DNA of 64,000 nucleotides from Plasmodiophora brassicae (Eukaryota): NCBI GenBank assembly GCA_036867785.1, contig CP145416.1, positions 806,001 to 870,000 of the forward strand, read 5' to 3'. Shown piece by piece: positions 50,990 to 63,720 of this stretch (position 1 is its first letter; each line of letters starts with the position of its first letter). The notes under the pieces were generated by a model. It saw only the letters and a program-made list of their open reading frames with translations, ran no database searches and was not told where the DNA came from. The position numbers and the translations under genes were made by a program.

Positions 50990-51302
50990 GGCCTCCGTGA
51001 GCACCGGATATGATGAGCTAGCCACGCTCCGCTTGGGCCAATTAACGGCCCATTAGTACCTGCGCGTACGCGACGATCGCATCGCAATCTCGCTTACGTG
51101 GATCGTGGACAGCTGGGAAGCACTCTGGGTGGGATTGTTCGACAGGTTTCCCCACCCTCGTCTCCATCGTTCACGGTACCCTTGCACAGGCCACATCGAC
51201 GCCGTCTACCGACCAACTGAACATTTGCTGCACGTTTCATGACGTGGACACCAGGCTGGCAGCGGCCACAAAGGTCTTTATTCGATGAGAGGAACAGGAA
51301 CG

Positions 51303-54300
51303 TTACTGACGACTCGCGGTGGACATAACGACGTCTGTGGGCAGATCCAGTTTGGGACCACCGGCGACAATGTTGACTGGCTTTCGCAGTGCAATGACGC
51401 GGTCGGCGAGCTTGACAACGGGCCCCGACCGGACCATCGTCATAACGATGACGATGACAATGACAACGGTGAAGATGAGGTTCAAGGAATCGAAAAGCGC
51501 TCTGGACGCCGACCAAGTTGGCTCTAGGCCGGCAGGGGAGTTGTAGAAGAACCTGTCAGGAAACGTCAGCTGTACGCCTAGAACAGACATGGGCTGACCT
51601 ACGCCAGCGTCAGTTGCCCGATCGCCAGGAATGCGACGATCGCATCCGTCGTATTGTCCAACCAATTCTGGAACGGTCGATGGACAATCTTCAACCCGCA
51701 GATGGTCATCTGAATAAGGACGCCTAAAATGACGCGCTGAAATGAATCTTCCACGGTGAACGGGACGAGCAGGACGATGGCCATAGCATGCATCATGCTG
51801 ATGAAGTTCCAGTACCACATCTCTTTCCTGTACGACCGCGTGTACGCGGCGAACGGCATGTAGGCACCAAGGCGCGCGTTCCTTTGGGCAAAGGGGATCT
51901 GCACGACGACGTAGACCGGGATGGCAATCAACAGGACGGCCAGGAATACACACGCGACTGGCAGGAAATGGGTCGTCCAGTACGAATCGAAACATAGCAC
52001 GGAAGGCGCAATCAGTAGGAAGCGCCTGCCATCGACCTCGGGCGTGCACTCGAACACCTGAAACACGTGACGCGCTACAATCCAACATATTAGTAAGAAC
52101 ATATAGCGGCATCAGCAACTGACAACTGAACAGGCCGTACCGATCATTGGGAAGCTGAGGGTCGTCACCGCAGTGATGCTTTCGCGAGCCTCGTACCAGG
52201 AGATCTTCAGGTAACCCGGGAGCGACACGATGCGGTCGAGAATGGTGGAGACCGCGAAGAAGAAGATTGAACAGCACCAGAAGAACGGGATCATCAGGAA
52301 CTCGGCCAGCCATTCTTGGAAATCCGAAATACCCAGGGCGCACATGAACGATACGATGGACACGTCGATGCTGAAGGCCCGAAATATCGTGAACGCCTCG
52401 GTAGTGGGCGACGGCCATCGCGAGGAGAAGATCGGATACAATGCGAACACCTGGGCAGCACTGTACGCGATGTGCAATCCGGCGTTAGGAGCGGATTTCT
52501 GGGCGAACCGAAGGTACATCAGGACAAGAACAGGGACAGCGATACCAGCGCCGACGAGAGCAAGCCCCAATAATGCACTTGCTGATGCTCTGCCACCGCA
52601 CTCTATCGGAACAGGAATTAGGCACGAACTACGATGACCATTTCGCAACGTACGGGAGCACTTGCCAGATCTGCTCCTGGCCGCGCCGGGTGCGCAGGTG
52701 CCACAGTTCAGCCCCGTATAGTTCGGGTTGCACATTTGGGACGCGTTGCCGCTCAGAGCCTCGGTGCTGTCAGGCTCGATGGCGCACGCAGACGCGGGTA
52801 TACACTGGAAGAAGACGGCCGCGTCCCATGGCGAGCGAACGTAGCCGGGCCTGTTGATCATCAGATCGCCTCCGGAGCAGTACCCTCCATTGCTGCAGGG
52901 AGTGCACTGGCCACCGTTGTTCCTACAGAATCGGTCAGACAGCGCTGGACGACGGCACGTAACGACAGTGGTGTCCCCCACCCATAGTATCCGGCGGTGC
53001 ATTGACACTGGGTCAAGTTGACGGCGCCGGCAAAGTACGTTCGCGCATTGGTCGGGCACGCTGAACACTGAGCGGCCGCAACGCGGTCGCTGTACCACCC
53101 GTCCTGGCACTCCTGGCAACGACCCGTGTGCACGTTCGCGGCCGTCCCCGGAGGGCAGGGTTTGCACTGGTTGGTGATCGGGTCGACCACCCATCCGGAT
53201 TGGCATTGTACCGTTAGCAACGTGCTGCCTTGGGCGGCATACGTCCCACGACGAACGGCGTATTGCGACGCTTTCAGCACCTGCGCGTACCGGAAGAACC
53301 CGGTTAACGTGTCGACGACCGTGGCGACGTTGTCGATGAAGTCGTATCCGTAGACGGGGAACAACGCGTACTCGTCGCCGCCCAGGCGCATATACGAATT
53401 CGTCACGACCGTATAGACGCGGTTGATGTCGAATGGCACCCAGGTGGTCTGCGCAACGTCCTTGACCTCGATCGCCGTGATCCGCCCGTTGGTGTTCCCG
53501 TTCGGCATGTTGGGCAGCCACTGCCATCGCAGGCCGGCCACCTGCGGGAATGCTCCGCGCAGGACGAGCTTCGTGGCACGCTGTAAGGTCAGCAGCAGGT
53601 GGACGCCGTCGATCTTGAACACGGAGACCGTGTCGGCAAACGGGCAAACCTGCGCGGGCGACTGTCACGGTGACGGTTCGGTGCGCGAACATACGTGGGA
53701 ACTTGTACCTTTTGCGTCTGGAAGTGCGTGATGTTGCCGGCCGGGACGGTACCTCGGATGCCTCCCCAGTTGACGATGGCGATGGTGGCGCCGTATGCCG
53801 ATCCGATGTGCAGGTACGCGTCGGCGACGATGTCGCCCGTGGAACTGCTGTTGATGGGCGCCGTGCTCGAGTACGCGCCGCTGGACGTGAACTCCGATGC
53901 GCCATCGATGACCAGGTTCTGTGCGGCCATAATGCTCTGTTTGACGGCAAGGAATGCGTCCGTGTCCGGGTCCGTCGGGATGTTCTTGTCCAGGACGGTC
54001 TCCGTACTTGACGACGAGACGAGCTTGCGGTTCGAATCAAGCTTCAGGTCGATGCGTAGGATGGAGACGCCGTTGGGGCAACGGACGCAGCCGAACGCAT
54101 TGTCGGTTTTCGTTGTCGTAGTAATGGGGTATGATAGAATGTTGACATCGACAAAGCGATCATACTTGGCTAACGTTGTTTCCAGGCCTTGCATCAGGGT
54201 CGGACCGTTTGGGCCCTGAATATCCGACTGGGCGAACCCATTTGTGAGGACGACGATAACGTCGGCGCCCTCTGCACGAGCCGCGCCGATTGCCTCGCCT

Positions 54301-55069
54301 AAGTACGCGTCCGAAGGCGCCAGGTCGAACAATCCCGTAAAACGGTACCCTGCTGCCTCTTGCATAACGGTCTGGGTGCTCGCCATGACCGCCACTTTGA
54401 TGCCGTTTGGCAGTGTTCGGATGACATAGCGCTGGAATGCAGGAGCACCCGTTGACAGTCGGATCATGTTCGTGGACAGGATCGGCACATGGGACATGGC
54501 AGTGAAACGGTCCAGCTCGCAGGTCATTGACGAACCGTACATGAAGTCAAGAGCGTCCGGGGTTAAACCTATCCGACCGTGAGTTGCTGACATGGCATCT
54601 TTGACCGCCCTATACCTGTGAAGTTGAACTTCTGCATCAAGTATGTCTCGATCTGCCCTCGGAACAGACTGTACGACGGGTCGATACAGAGTGCGTTGCC
54701 CCCATCGAGGAAGATGGCGTTCCCCGATGTGTTCGCCAGGATCTCGTTATAGACGGCCGCTCGGCGTGATATGCCGCCCAGGCCTGACCAATATTCAGCC
54801 TGGCGTGCCGAACTGGATGGGGCAGTCCCAACATGTGTTTGCTGCCACGTCGGCGCTCGTGCACGGGTTGCCGTTAGCATTGAAGGGCCATGTACGCGCC
54901 GACGTTCTCCTATCAGCGCGATGACTCAGCTCCAGCGTTTCCCTCACCAGTATGCCCAGGCAACGCACAATTGGTAGGCGATCGAAACGTTGAAGCCGCC
55001 CTGTAGCCCTGCCGCCGCTGTGGCCAGCAACGCGCCAACCAGGATCCCGCCGATTCCCACTGCCTCCAT
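51303..55069 (-). CDS. Receptor-like protein copy 2 (tandem duplicate of 47211-50989)
   Basis: Colinear exons with the same intron positions. Signal peptide MEAVGIGGILVGALLATAAAG. Confidence 0.85.
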
Positions 55070-55629
55070 GGAGCCCCGCGCGCGTCAGATGTCAGATGAG
55101 TCCGATTAGCGGGCCACAGTGCGTACGTGTACGTCGCGATCGCCTCCCTATGTAGGCAGCAATCTCGCTTGCGCGGATCGGCGTACGCCCGGGAAGTAGG
55201 ACATCTCATATCGCCCAGAGAAACCGCACGCGTCCGCTGGTCATGGGAGAACGCCTCCCTGTCAGCGGCGACTAACGCGTTCACGTCGCGTGCACGCATT
55301 CCGACCACGTCGTCCTCCAAAGCATTGCCGGACACTTCCGTGGCTCGCGAGTCACGGGCTGGGTATTTGCCCAGAACGTCTCATGCGATGGGGGCCAAGC
55401 AACGGGAGCGGGCCATGGCCTTTTAGTGCTGTTGCGCGTCACACGCGCCTGCGACGTCGGGCCTGGTCGTGGGATCGTGGTCCGTCCGAGCGCATTCGGG
55501 TGACCGACCGAGCGGGGACGGGTCTGGAGCGCCCCAAACCCAAAGCACCACGCGGCCAGGACTGGAGGGCGCACTGCGCGGCCGGCCCCCTGACACCGAC
55601 GTGTGACGTCTCATCATCCGCATCGGGGC

Positions 55630-56631
55630 ATGGCGCTCGTCTCGCCGCCCAAACCCTGGGAGCGACAGGCCGCCGAGTCGCACGCCGCCACCAGTCTGGC
55701 AGCGTCGTCGCCGACGACGACCGCGATGACGCCGCCGGTCGCCGCCCTGCCGGTGGCGTCGTCGCCGTCGTACCCGGCGACGTCCGCCGTCCCGTACTCG
55801 TATGGCGGGTTCCCGTCGTATTCCTCGTATGGGTCGTCGTATACCAGCCCGTATGCGTCGTCGTCGTATGGGCGGACCTCATCGTACGGGGGCATCGGGT
55901 ATATGACGCCGGGTGCCGGATCGCTCCCGCCGCCGCATCCCCTGGACATGTACAAGGGGACGCCGATCACATCGCTGGTGTCGGGCGGGCAGTCGTTCAT
56001 CACCGGTATCCATCAGCACGTCAGCTCGTTCGGCAGGTTCTCCCAGATTCTGCATATGAACTTCGAGGCGCTGCACATGTCGTTCTCGTCCATCATGCAG
56101 TTGCTGACGAACGCGTCGATGCTGCGGCATGAACTCGGCGCGTTCTTCGGCACGTTCGGGTCGCTCAGGATCATCTACGTCATCTACAGCCGGTGTCGAA
56201 GCCTGATCCTCAGGCTGCTGGGCCGGAGATCGGAAGCCGTCAGCCACGAGCTCGACCACGTCTGGAGGGAGGCGAAGCACGGCACCTGGGGCTGGCTTCC
56301 CAGCTTCCTGACCATGTCCCTGGCCCTTTGGGTCATGAAAAAGGTCGTCGCCCACCTGTCCAACTCGAGACGTCCTGCAACGCAGGCCCCGCCGACCGCA
56401 TCATCGACGCCGTCGCCCAGCGGGTGGAGCCCGCCGTCGCCGACCCAATCGGACTGGTCACGATCACCGACGTACACGTCGACGCCCTGGTCGCCGCCCT
56501 ACAACCACACGTACCCGCAGACGTACCCGGCGCAGTACGCGACGGCGACGGCGTACCCAGGCGGCATGCACCACCGGCCGTACGACCATCACCAGTTCGC
56601 CGGGCTCTACCCGAACGCAGCGCTCCCGTAG
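55630..56631 (+). CDS. PEX13: Peroxin 13-like, no SH3 domain
   Basis: SPPKPWE N-terminus, Y/G/S-rich region, V.SFGRFSQIL..NFEALH.SFSS, then a TM segment. Confidence 0.85.
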   Translation: MALVSPPKPWERQAAESHAATSLAASSPTTTAMTPPVAALPVASSPSYPATSAVPYSYGGFPSYSSYGSSYTSPYASSSYGRTSSYGGIGYMTPGAGSLPPPHPLDMYKGTPITSLVSGGQSFITGIHQHVSSFGRFSQILHMNFEALHMSFSSIMQLLTNASMLRHELGAFFGTFGSLRIIYVIYSRCRSLILRLLGRRSEAVSHELDHVWREAKHGTWGWLPSFLTMSLALWVMKKVVAHLSNSRRPATQAPPTASSTPSPSGWSPPSPTQSDWSRSPTYTSTPWSPPYNHTYPQTYPAQYATATAYPGGMHHRPYDHHQFAGLYPNAALP

Positions 56632-56896
56632 CCTCGTGACCGCGTGTTAAATTGCACATCGTAACTGTATGGGTCGTCGTGTGTTCATCAGGGGTATACC
56701 ACAATGCATATGCAGGTAGGCGCCTGCGTACACCAGGTACGGTGGTGGGCTTAGGGTGGCTGGCCCACCACGACGCGCGGTCGACAGCGCTCTGCGGGTC
56801 GCCGCCGCCCGTGTCTTGGGGTCGCGCATTGGTACGAAGGCCTGGCAGCGGAGTTTGGCGCGACGCGACGACCGATCGGCAGCGGAGGGCGCGGGC

Positions 56897-57648
56897 ATGG
56901 AGATCCTGCAGGAGAAGCGCGCCCTGGCCGCCCTGAGTAGGCAGTTGATGTGGTGCGCCGCGTGCATGTCGATGGGGAGGCTTACGTCGACGCCCCCCAG
57001 GTTGGACGCTGACGCAGCTGCTGGCGTTCGCTATGGGCATTATGTATTTCGTGGTCGCCGCCGGCGTTGGCCATGGCGGCGAGAAATTTGCATTCGTGTA
57101 CGACGGTGGTGCTCCGTCTTCATGGTTGTCGTCCAATGTCGCAATTGCTTGCCGTGTAGATGGAAGGGCCTTTGGTTCTGGTGTAGCATTGGCGGCACGT
57201 TTGTCCTTCTGTTCCGGAAGGGCACCGAGCACGCGTTCTCGATGGTCGGTAGAGTGAACCACGCCAGCACGACAACATGGACTGACGTGTTATATGCGTC
57301 AGTTCGTTATCATATCCATCTTCCTGAACCAGATCGCTCTCGTGGATGCGTCCGCCGCTCCTGGGGGATCAAAGGGCCTCTCCGGATTTGGTCTCGGTAA
57401 CAATGACGCTGTGTTTAGTGCCTCATGTCCACCTTTGACGTTCCGAGTCAGCGTACTTCTTCGTCAGCGCGCTATCGCTGTTTGGCATCCTGACCGCCAA
57501 GGAAGAGGTGATCACCGCTTCGACATGGTGTCCGTCTGCGCTGAGTTGATCGTGTGTCGCCTCCCAGTTCGTTGATATCGGTCCGTCGTTTGATGATGGT
57601 GGCGTCTATGGTCCCCCGCCGGGCGATGGATACCAAGGCGTTGTCTGA
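56897..57648 (+). CDS. Small multi-exon membrane protein of unknown function
   Basis: About four hydrophobic exons separated by GT-AG introns, with a G/P/Y-rich tail. Confidence 0.45.
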
Positions 57649-57766
57649 ACCATTCCCTTGTTGGCCGGAGGTATTCGAAGACAATGATTATCAACGGAGC
57701 CCAGCGCATTTCGTTACCCTTATTAGGTTTATCGTGACATTACCTACGACGCGTACGCCCATATGA

Positions 57767-58432
57767 TTAGATCGTGTAGCGCCGGCGCCTCTGTTTACGC
57801 TCCTCTTCGAAGGTGTCGTCCAGGACCGACTCTGGGATCCGGATGTCCCCGAACACGACCAGGCCGACGTTAATGGCGATGATGACGACCAGCGACGCGA
57901 CCATGATGACGGTGGCAACGAGACGCTCGTAGTCGGTGCCACGAACCGTCATCTGGTACGAGTTCAGCGCCATCAGCAGGCAGATGACGAGGAACGCGAT
58001 GGACGCCAGCCGCAGCCGCAGGACCTTCTTGTATGAGTCCGCCTGCGCGTACTTGACGTTGACGAACACGGCGCTTAGAGGCAGGCTCGTCGAGACAGTG
58101 CCAACAACAGCGAACGCGATCGTGAATGCGATCTCCTCGTTGGAGCGTTTCAGCGCCTGGATGATCTCACCCGATTTCCTGGCGAACGCCGTGTACCCCA
58201 TGCCGACCCACAGGACAACGAACAGACAGGACATGATGTACCCGCTGACGCGAACCAGATGGATCCACGGTTTCGTTCGCGGGTTACGCTGCCCGCCCAG
58301 CGTGTCATCGGACGACGGGCCGTCGGTCTCGTCGAACACCGTAATGGCCACGTCATCGACGTCGCTCGACGACGGACTGTTGCAGTTGCTCGACAACGAC
58401 GCGGGCACGACGGCCGCCGCTCGCCCGGTCAT
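57767..58432 (-). CDS. Four-TM membrane protein of unknown function
   Basis: Intronless ORF with four clear hydrophobic helices. Confidence 0.65.
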   Translation of the reverse strand: MTGRAAAVVPASLSSNCNSPSSSDVDDVAITVFDETDGPSSDDTLGGQRNPRTKPWIHLVRVSGYIMSCLFVVLWVGMGYTAFARKSGEIIQALKRSNEEIAFTIAFAVVGTVSTSLPLSAVFVNVKYAQADSYKKVLRLRLASIAFLVICLLMALNSYQMTVRGTDYERLVATVIMVASLVVIIAINVGLVVFGDIRIPESVLDDTFEEERKQRRRRYTI

Positions 58433-58620
58433 CGCAGCGAATGCGCCCAAGCCGCCACGAAGTGCACTGGGTCCCGAATTTAGGTTTGGCCGGAATGTTG
58501 GCCGCCGCCCAACGGCGAACGCCGCCACGCACGCCGTACACACGTAGGGCAACAACCCGCGATTTGGACCGGACTGATCGTTCGGATTAATCGGGGCGGC
58601 AGACCTACATACCTATTGCA

Positions 58621-61600
58621 TCAGGCCTTCTCTCAGCATGGCCTCGTCCGCAACGCTGCTATCGCTATCCTGTCTGCGAGCTCTGCCGTGCACAATCGCG
58701 CATGCTGAATGTGCCATTACACGGACGCATGCCAGAGGTCACTTTATGGATTCCAGGAGATCACGCGCCATCCTGGCGACGTCACGGTCGAGGTCAGGTC
58801 GGTCTTGGACGCTTCTGAGAGAGCGGTGAAGGTCGCTCGCTCGGTGCGACCTGAGCGAGGCGGCGACGCGAGTGTCACCCGATATTGCCAGGCAGGAAAC
58901 TGTGAGTAGATCAGGGATGGGTGGCTGTTTGACGGCAGGTCTCAGATACCTGTTTGGAGGATGGACGCAATTGCTCCAGGCGTTGATCGAGGATTCGCAA
59001 GAGCGTTCCCCAGTGACGACAGCGCCATGGTTGATGACCAGAGCTAGAGTGCACTCGTCAACGTACAACGGAAAGACTAGCGTGAGCAAACTGACAATGA
59101 AATGTGCTTCGGGGTATCGTTGAACTAGGTACTGGACACACGTCGTTGCCTTTTCACAGAGTATAGCATCGTTCGACAGCATTAACGATAACAGGAACTC
59201 CGCGTTATCAAGAAGCGCCTGATCGGGATCATCACACGAAGCTGGCTTGTTATGATGCATATCGGCTGACCTCTATCGATTCATTTCGAGGTTCATGTTG
59301 GAGAAGGTGTAGGATGATGTCCAGAACTGGATCCGAAAGCAAATCAGCCGACCTGCCGAACGAATACGACAGGACAGAATTGAGCTTCGGAACAAGGTCC
59401 AGCCCGTACAGCCAGGAAAGATCCACATGGCCGGACCTGACGATGGCACTCACAATCTGTTTGGGAAGCAGACCATTTCAATGCTGTCGCTGACAACAGG
59501 CAAACATGTTAGAACACGTACCTTCACGTTGCCGAGAGTAACCTGTTCACGGTCCGACAGAAGGTCAATGAACAGGGGAAGGATTCCGATAGACTCCAGG
59601 GAAGAAACGAGATCCAAATTTGCATCGACCATAACGCTGAGCAACCGGATTCCGTATCTATCGACAGTTCATGCAGTAAGCGCCGGTGGCCCTTGCGGCG
59701 AAGAGAAGAACCCATACTGGGGAATAGGGTCTTTCTCGTTCAAGATTCCGGGTATGAGAGGAAGAATTTCTACAACAGAAATTAGCCGGTAGCAGATAAA
59801 ATCTAGGTTCTGGTAAGAACCTTTCATCATCAGGCTATGTAATGCCGACGTTGTCGAGGAACGCATCTGGTTTAGAAGGTGGCCGCGGTCATAAAGACTG
59901 GGAAGCAGCGTGGAAAGGATCTGGAAAGAGCGTAAATTGTACACCAAAGAGATTGGCGAGAAGGCCCACATCTGTGATGAGCTTGATGCAGAAGAACCGA
60001 GTCCCGTCAGAGAAATTCTCTTCGGAGGACAACTCGGGGTTTGATACGCCAATCTTTGGCCGAATGAGAGAAATCAAGCTCGGCAGCAGATGCTGGACGA
60101 TGCGGCCAGGAATTGCACCTTTTCGATACAGTAAGAACGTTGCGCGCCATGTCAAGGCATTCAGACCCACCAGATGTTAGAAGATCGGTATCGGACGCAA
60201 GTGCGTCCACAATGCAGAGCACGTCACTTATGGAGATGGGCGACGCTGCTTTGCCCGGAGCACTTCGATTCGTAATCAGACGAGACAGCCTGGCAAAACG
60301 TTAATGCACCCAGACGAGCCCATATGACTGGTACCATATTACCACTGGACAGACTGGGCTGTGATGGCGGCGTGCTTCAGGTGAGGACTTGTTGCGCAAC
60401 TCAGGATGACTGGGAACGCAACGATTTGTTTGGGGGTCAGCGCAGAGCTTATGTCAGAAGAGAGACAAGCGGTAGCAACAGCTTCAATAAGCGACTGGAC
60501 GGCGGCGGTTACTGATTGTACGAGAAACGCCGCAGCCTTCTGCACGTAATCGTCCTAAATCCAAACCGTTATCGCATAATTACGATAAGGATTCGTGTCG
60601 GCACACCTTATCCTTTGCCGTGCGCTCCAGTGCGTTGTTGAGCTTATGCGAGAACGCGAACCGCAAGTAGGCGAAATGGTCGACGTGCTTCGTAAAGATG
60701 AGTGCAAGCGTTAACAGAGCTTTCGCGCGGATCAGAGATGTCGCATTCTCGATGATGTGGATCGAGTATTCGATGAGGATGATGGGATCAAAATCCAATG
60801 GGGCGATCTCGTTTGCGATTGCACTCAGCAGCATGTTGAAGAAAGCCTGCTGGCACTTTGCGGAATCGATTTCCAGCCCGCCAATTAGGAACAGCCATCC
60901 GAATCTTAGCAGGCGGCGTTAGAATGATAGTCCGTTACGTGTTTGATAACGATGACAAATATTGGGACCTTGGCAGAACGCGTTTGAACAGGGTCGTCGA
61001 ACTTCGACGTAGAAGCTGCGATAACGCAGCGGCGCTTGTAACTCGAAGCGCCTTATGTGTAGTCGACTGGAAGATTTGTACAAGAGCAAGGACAATCTCT
61101 GGGGTCGCGAACCACTCAATCGCAGACCTGAGAATTGATCAGATTGCACGCGTTATGCTACCCATTATGACGATCGTTACCCTGGACTTTGGGCGGCGAC
61201 GTTCTCGATTGTCTTGGCAGCGTAGTGCCGAACAACGTTATCTTCACCGGCGCGTAGGCCGCGGATAACAGTGCCAATGGCGCAGGCTGGGATGGCCCAG
61301 TTATTGTTTTCGTCTCTTCGTGGAGCCACGTCAGATGAAGGGGCACCCGGCGCGTTGACCTGAGCGTTCGGTTCCTGAGTCGCAACGTAAAACAGAAGTT
61401 CGCCTAACGTGGCGACAGCGTGTCGTCGAATCTAGTGCAAGACCCTGAGTAGTTCCTGGTTGCAAGGGTTGAAAGTATTACCTTGGCGTTAGGAGAACGA
61501 CTGAGGTTTGCGAGTACCTCAAATATGCTCGCAGAAGCAAGATGCGCTCCGATGTAGGATGCATACCGGATCAAGGTTCCCATTGCATGGATGAAGTACA

Positions 61601-63720
61601 TTTTGAGCTCAGGTTGAGGTTCATTCCCCGCCTGCTGGATAAGCATGGACATAATGCCACTGTTGATGACACAATTTGCAAATCCGGTGTTTGTGCATAA
61701 TGGGATAAAGTACTGCGCAGGGGTCAGCCAACCTTTCCCGTGCGACAATACTACTTCAGTGTCTACCTTTAGGACGTTGAGACGCTCAGCACTATTGGTT
61801 CCTTTGCGATCAAGAGCTCGATAGACGTCCTTGAGGAATCTACCTGACAGTTAGAATCCGAACAAGGCCGAATAGCGTGACACTCAGCCACCGCTCCAAA
61901 TCTGTATGCTGCAGTGACAGAATGCTCTCGATATCCAGAGCAGCAAAGGGCAGGGTTGTTGCAACGAACACCATGGAAGGCATCTGTGCAAATGCGTAAG
62001 CGGTGCTGTCTATGTACGGCGGTGAGAAGGACTACCTTTTCGATTCTTGTGTTTCCAACTAGCGGGCGGACCATAACGTCGCATTCGTGTTCCATAAGGT
62101 CCCCAACTGTGAGGGGCTTCTCAGCAAGAGGTAAAACGCTGATCGTCTGACGCCCTGGAAGAGCCAACCGGTTAGTGGGGCGTAAGGGACGCTAGCATTT
62201 GGCCAACGGTTCGTTCCGGGTGCCGCTACAGCCGGCCGTTGTTCTGCATCGCCTCCGATCACAACTGAACCGTTACTGGTAGACGACGGCCGCAATGTTT
62301 GGAGTAATTCGTCATCTTCGGTATCCACATCATCGTCCTGAATGTTCCAGTGGTAAGCAGTCGGTGAGAAAAGGAGGCGGTGCCTGGCCACCTCGTCGTC
62401 CTCGGTCTTGGGATTTGAATGCTCTTGATCGGAATCCAGGCTCTGAAGCGCAATGTTACGACATAAGCGTTAACGTTCAAACAGACGTTACGTTAGAGGT
62501 AGAGTTGAGCTCCGCATTCGTGCGTTCCTCGTCGCGGTCATTCCCGGCTGACACGGCCTGTGTTGGGGTGTTATGGATTGACGAAACGTCAGACAAGGCC
62601 AAGGGAGCCAATGATTCCCGCTTGTGTTCGATGAGGAGAGGAAGCGGTGACTCCCAGAATGGGTGAGAGCATATTTCCGGCCATGCTATGAAAGGACAAT
62701 AAGACAGGAGGCCCCGATCCGACTGGATGGTGTCATACTGATTCGTTTTGAAACCGACTTCTGCAAACACCTTGTGACCAAGTCGACAAACTCAGGGGAT
62801 ACATGACTGGGCATTTGGGGCGGGGCCGAATTCCGTATTTCTTTCACGAGCTCTCGCATTGGCCACTGTGGAAATGGCACCTGTCCACAGGCCATCTCAT
62901 AAAGAAGGCATCCGAATGACCTGTTGCTTCGTCAGTGGCTGCAAGCATGGCCGGTTCAACTGCGACAAATGCCTGACCAGATGTCGCTTGCAACTGAGAA
63001 CACTGCCTTGGAGTTGAACTGTTCCGGGCTCATGTAATGAGGAGTTCCTCGTTTGGATCTGGGTACCTGACGCCAGGGCCATGTTTGTTAACTCCAGAAC
63101 AACTGAGGATGCGAACTCTACATTTTCGTCTGATGGACCGTCCTTGAGATTGCGAGCCAGGCCAAAGTCGCACAGTTTCAGCACAGCGAATTCCGTCAGC
63201 AGGATGTTTGACGGCTTCAAGTCGCAGTAAACAATCTGCTTCGAATGTACATATCTGCTATCATATCAGCGTTGCACTAGCGACTGGCGCTGATATCGAC
63301 TCACTGTAAGCCACAAGCGATATCCTTTGCGAACAGGCGCAAGCACGGTTCCGGAAGTTGTCTGTCCTGCTTGAGAAGATTGGCAAGGCTCCCTGGGATC
63401 CAGTACCCAACCGATCAACCGCTGCCTCTGAGATGAGATCACGCACGGGACTTACCTCCAACGCAATACTCCATACACACCCAAATGTTATTGGGCGTCT
63501 GGTACCACGTGAAGAACTTCATGATATTTTCGTGCGACATCTGCTTCAGTATCGACACCTGGTACTTGATTCGCTGGCTGTGCTCGCGGTCGATGCTCTT
63601 GACGGCGACGAAATCCAATGTGAAATGCTTCCGCCCCCGGTACACAGTCGAGTGCCGGCCGCGCCCGATCTCCTCGTAGATCTCATAATCCGACAGCGAT
63701 TGCGACGCGGAGCTTGCCAT
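58621..63720 (-). CDS. ULK4: ULK4/RUNKEL-family kinase-like protein with HEAT/ARM tail
   Basis: [34 protein letters not shown]....W...[17 protein letters not shown] and DFGLAR, followed by many helical-repeat exons. Confidence 0.9.
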
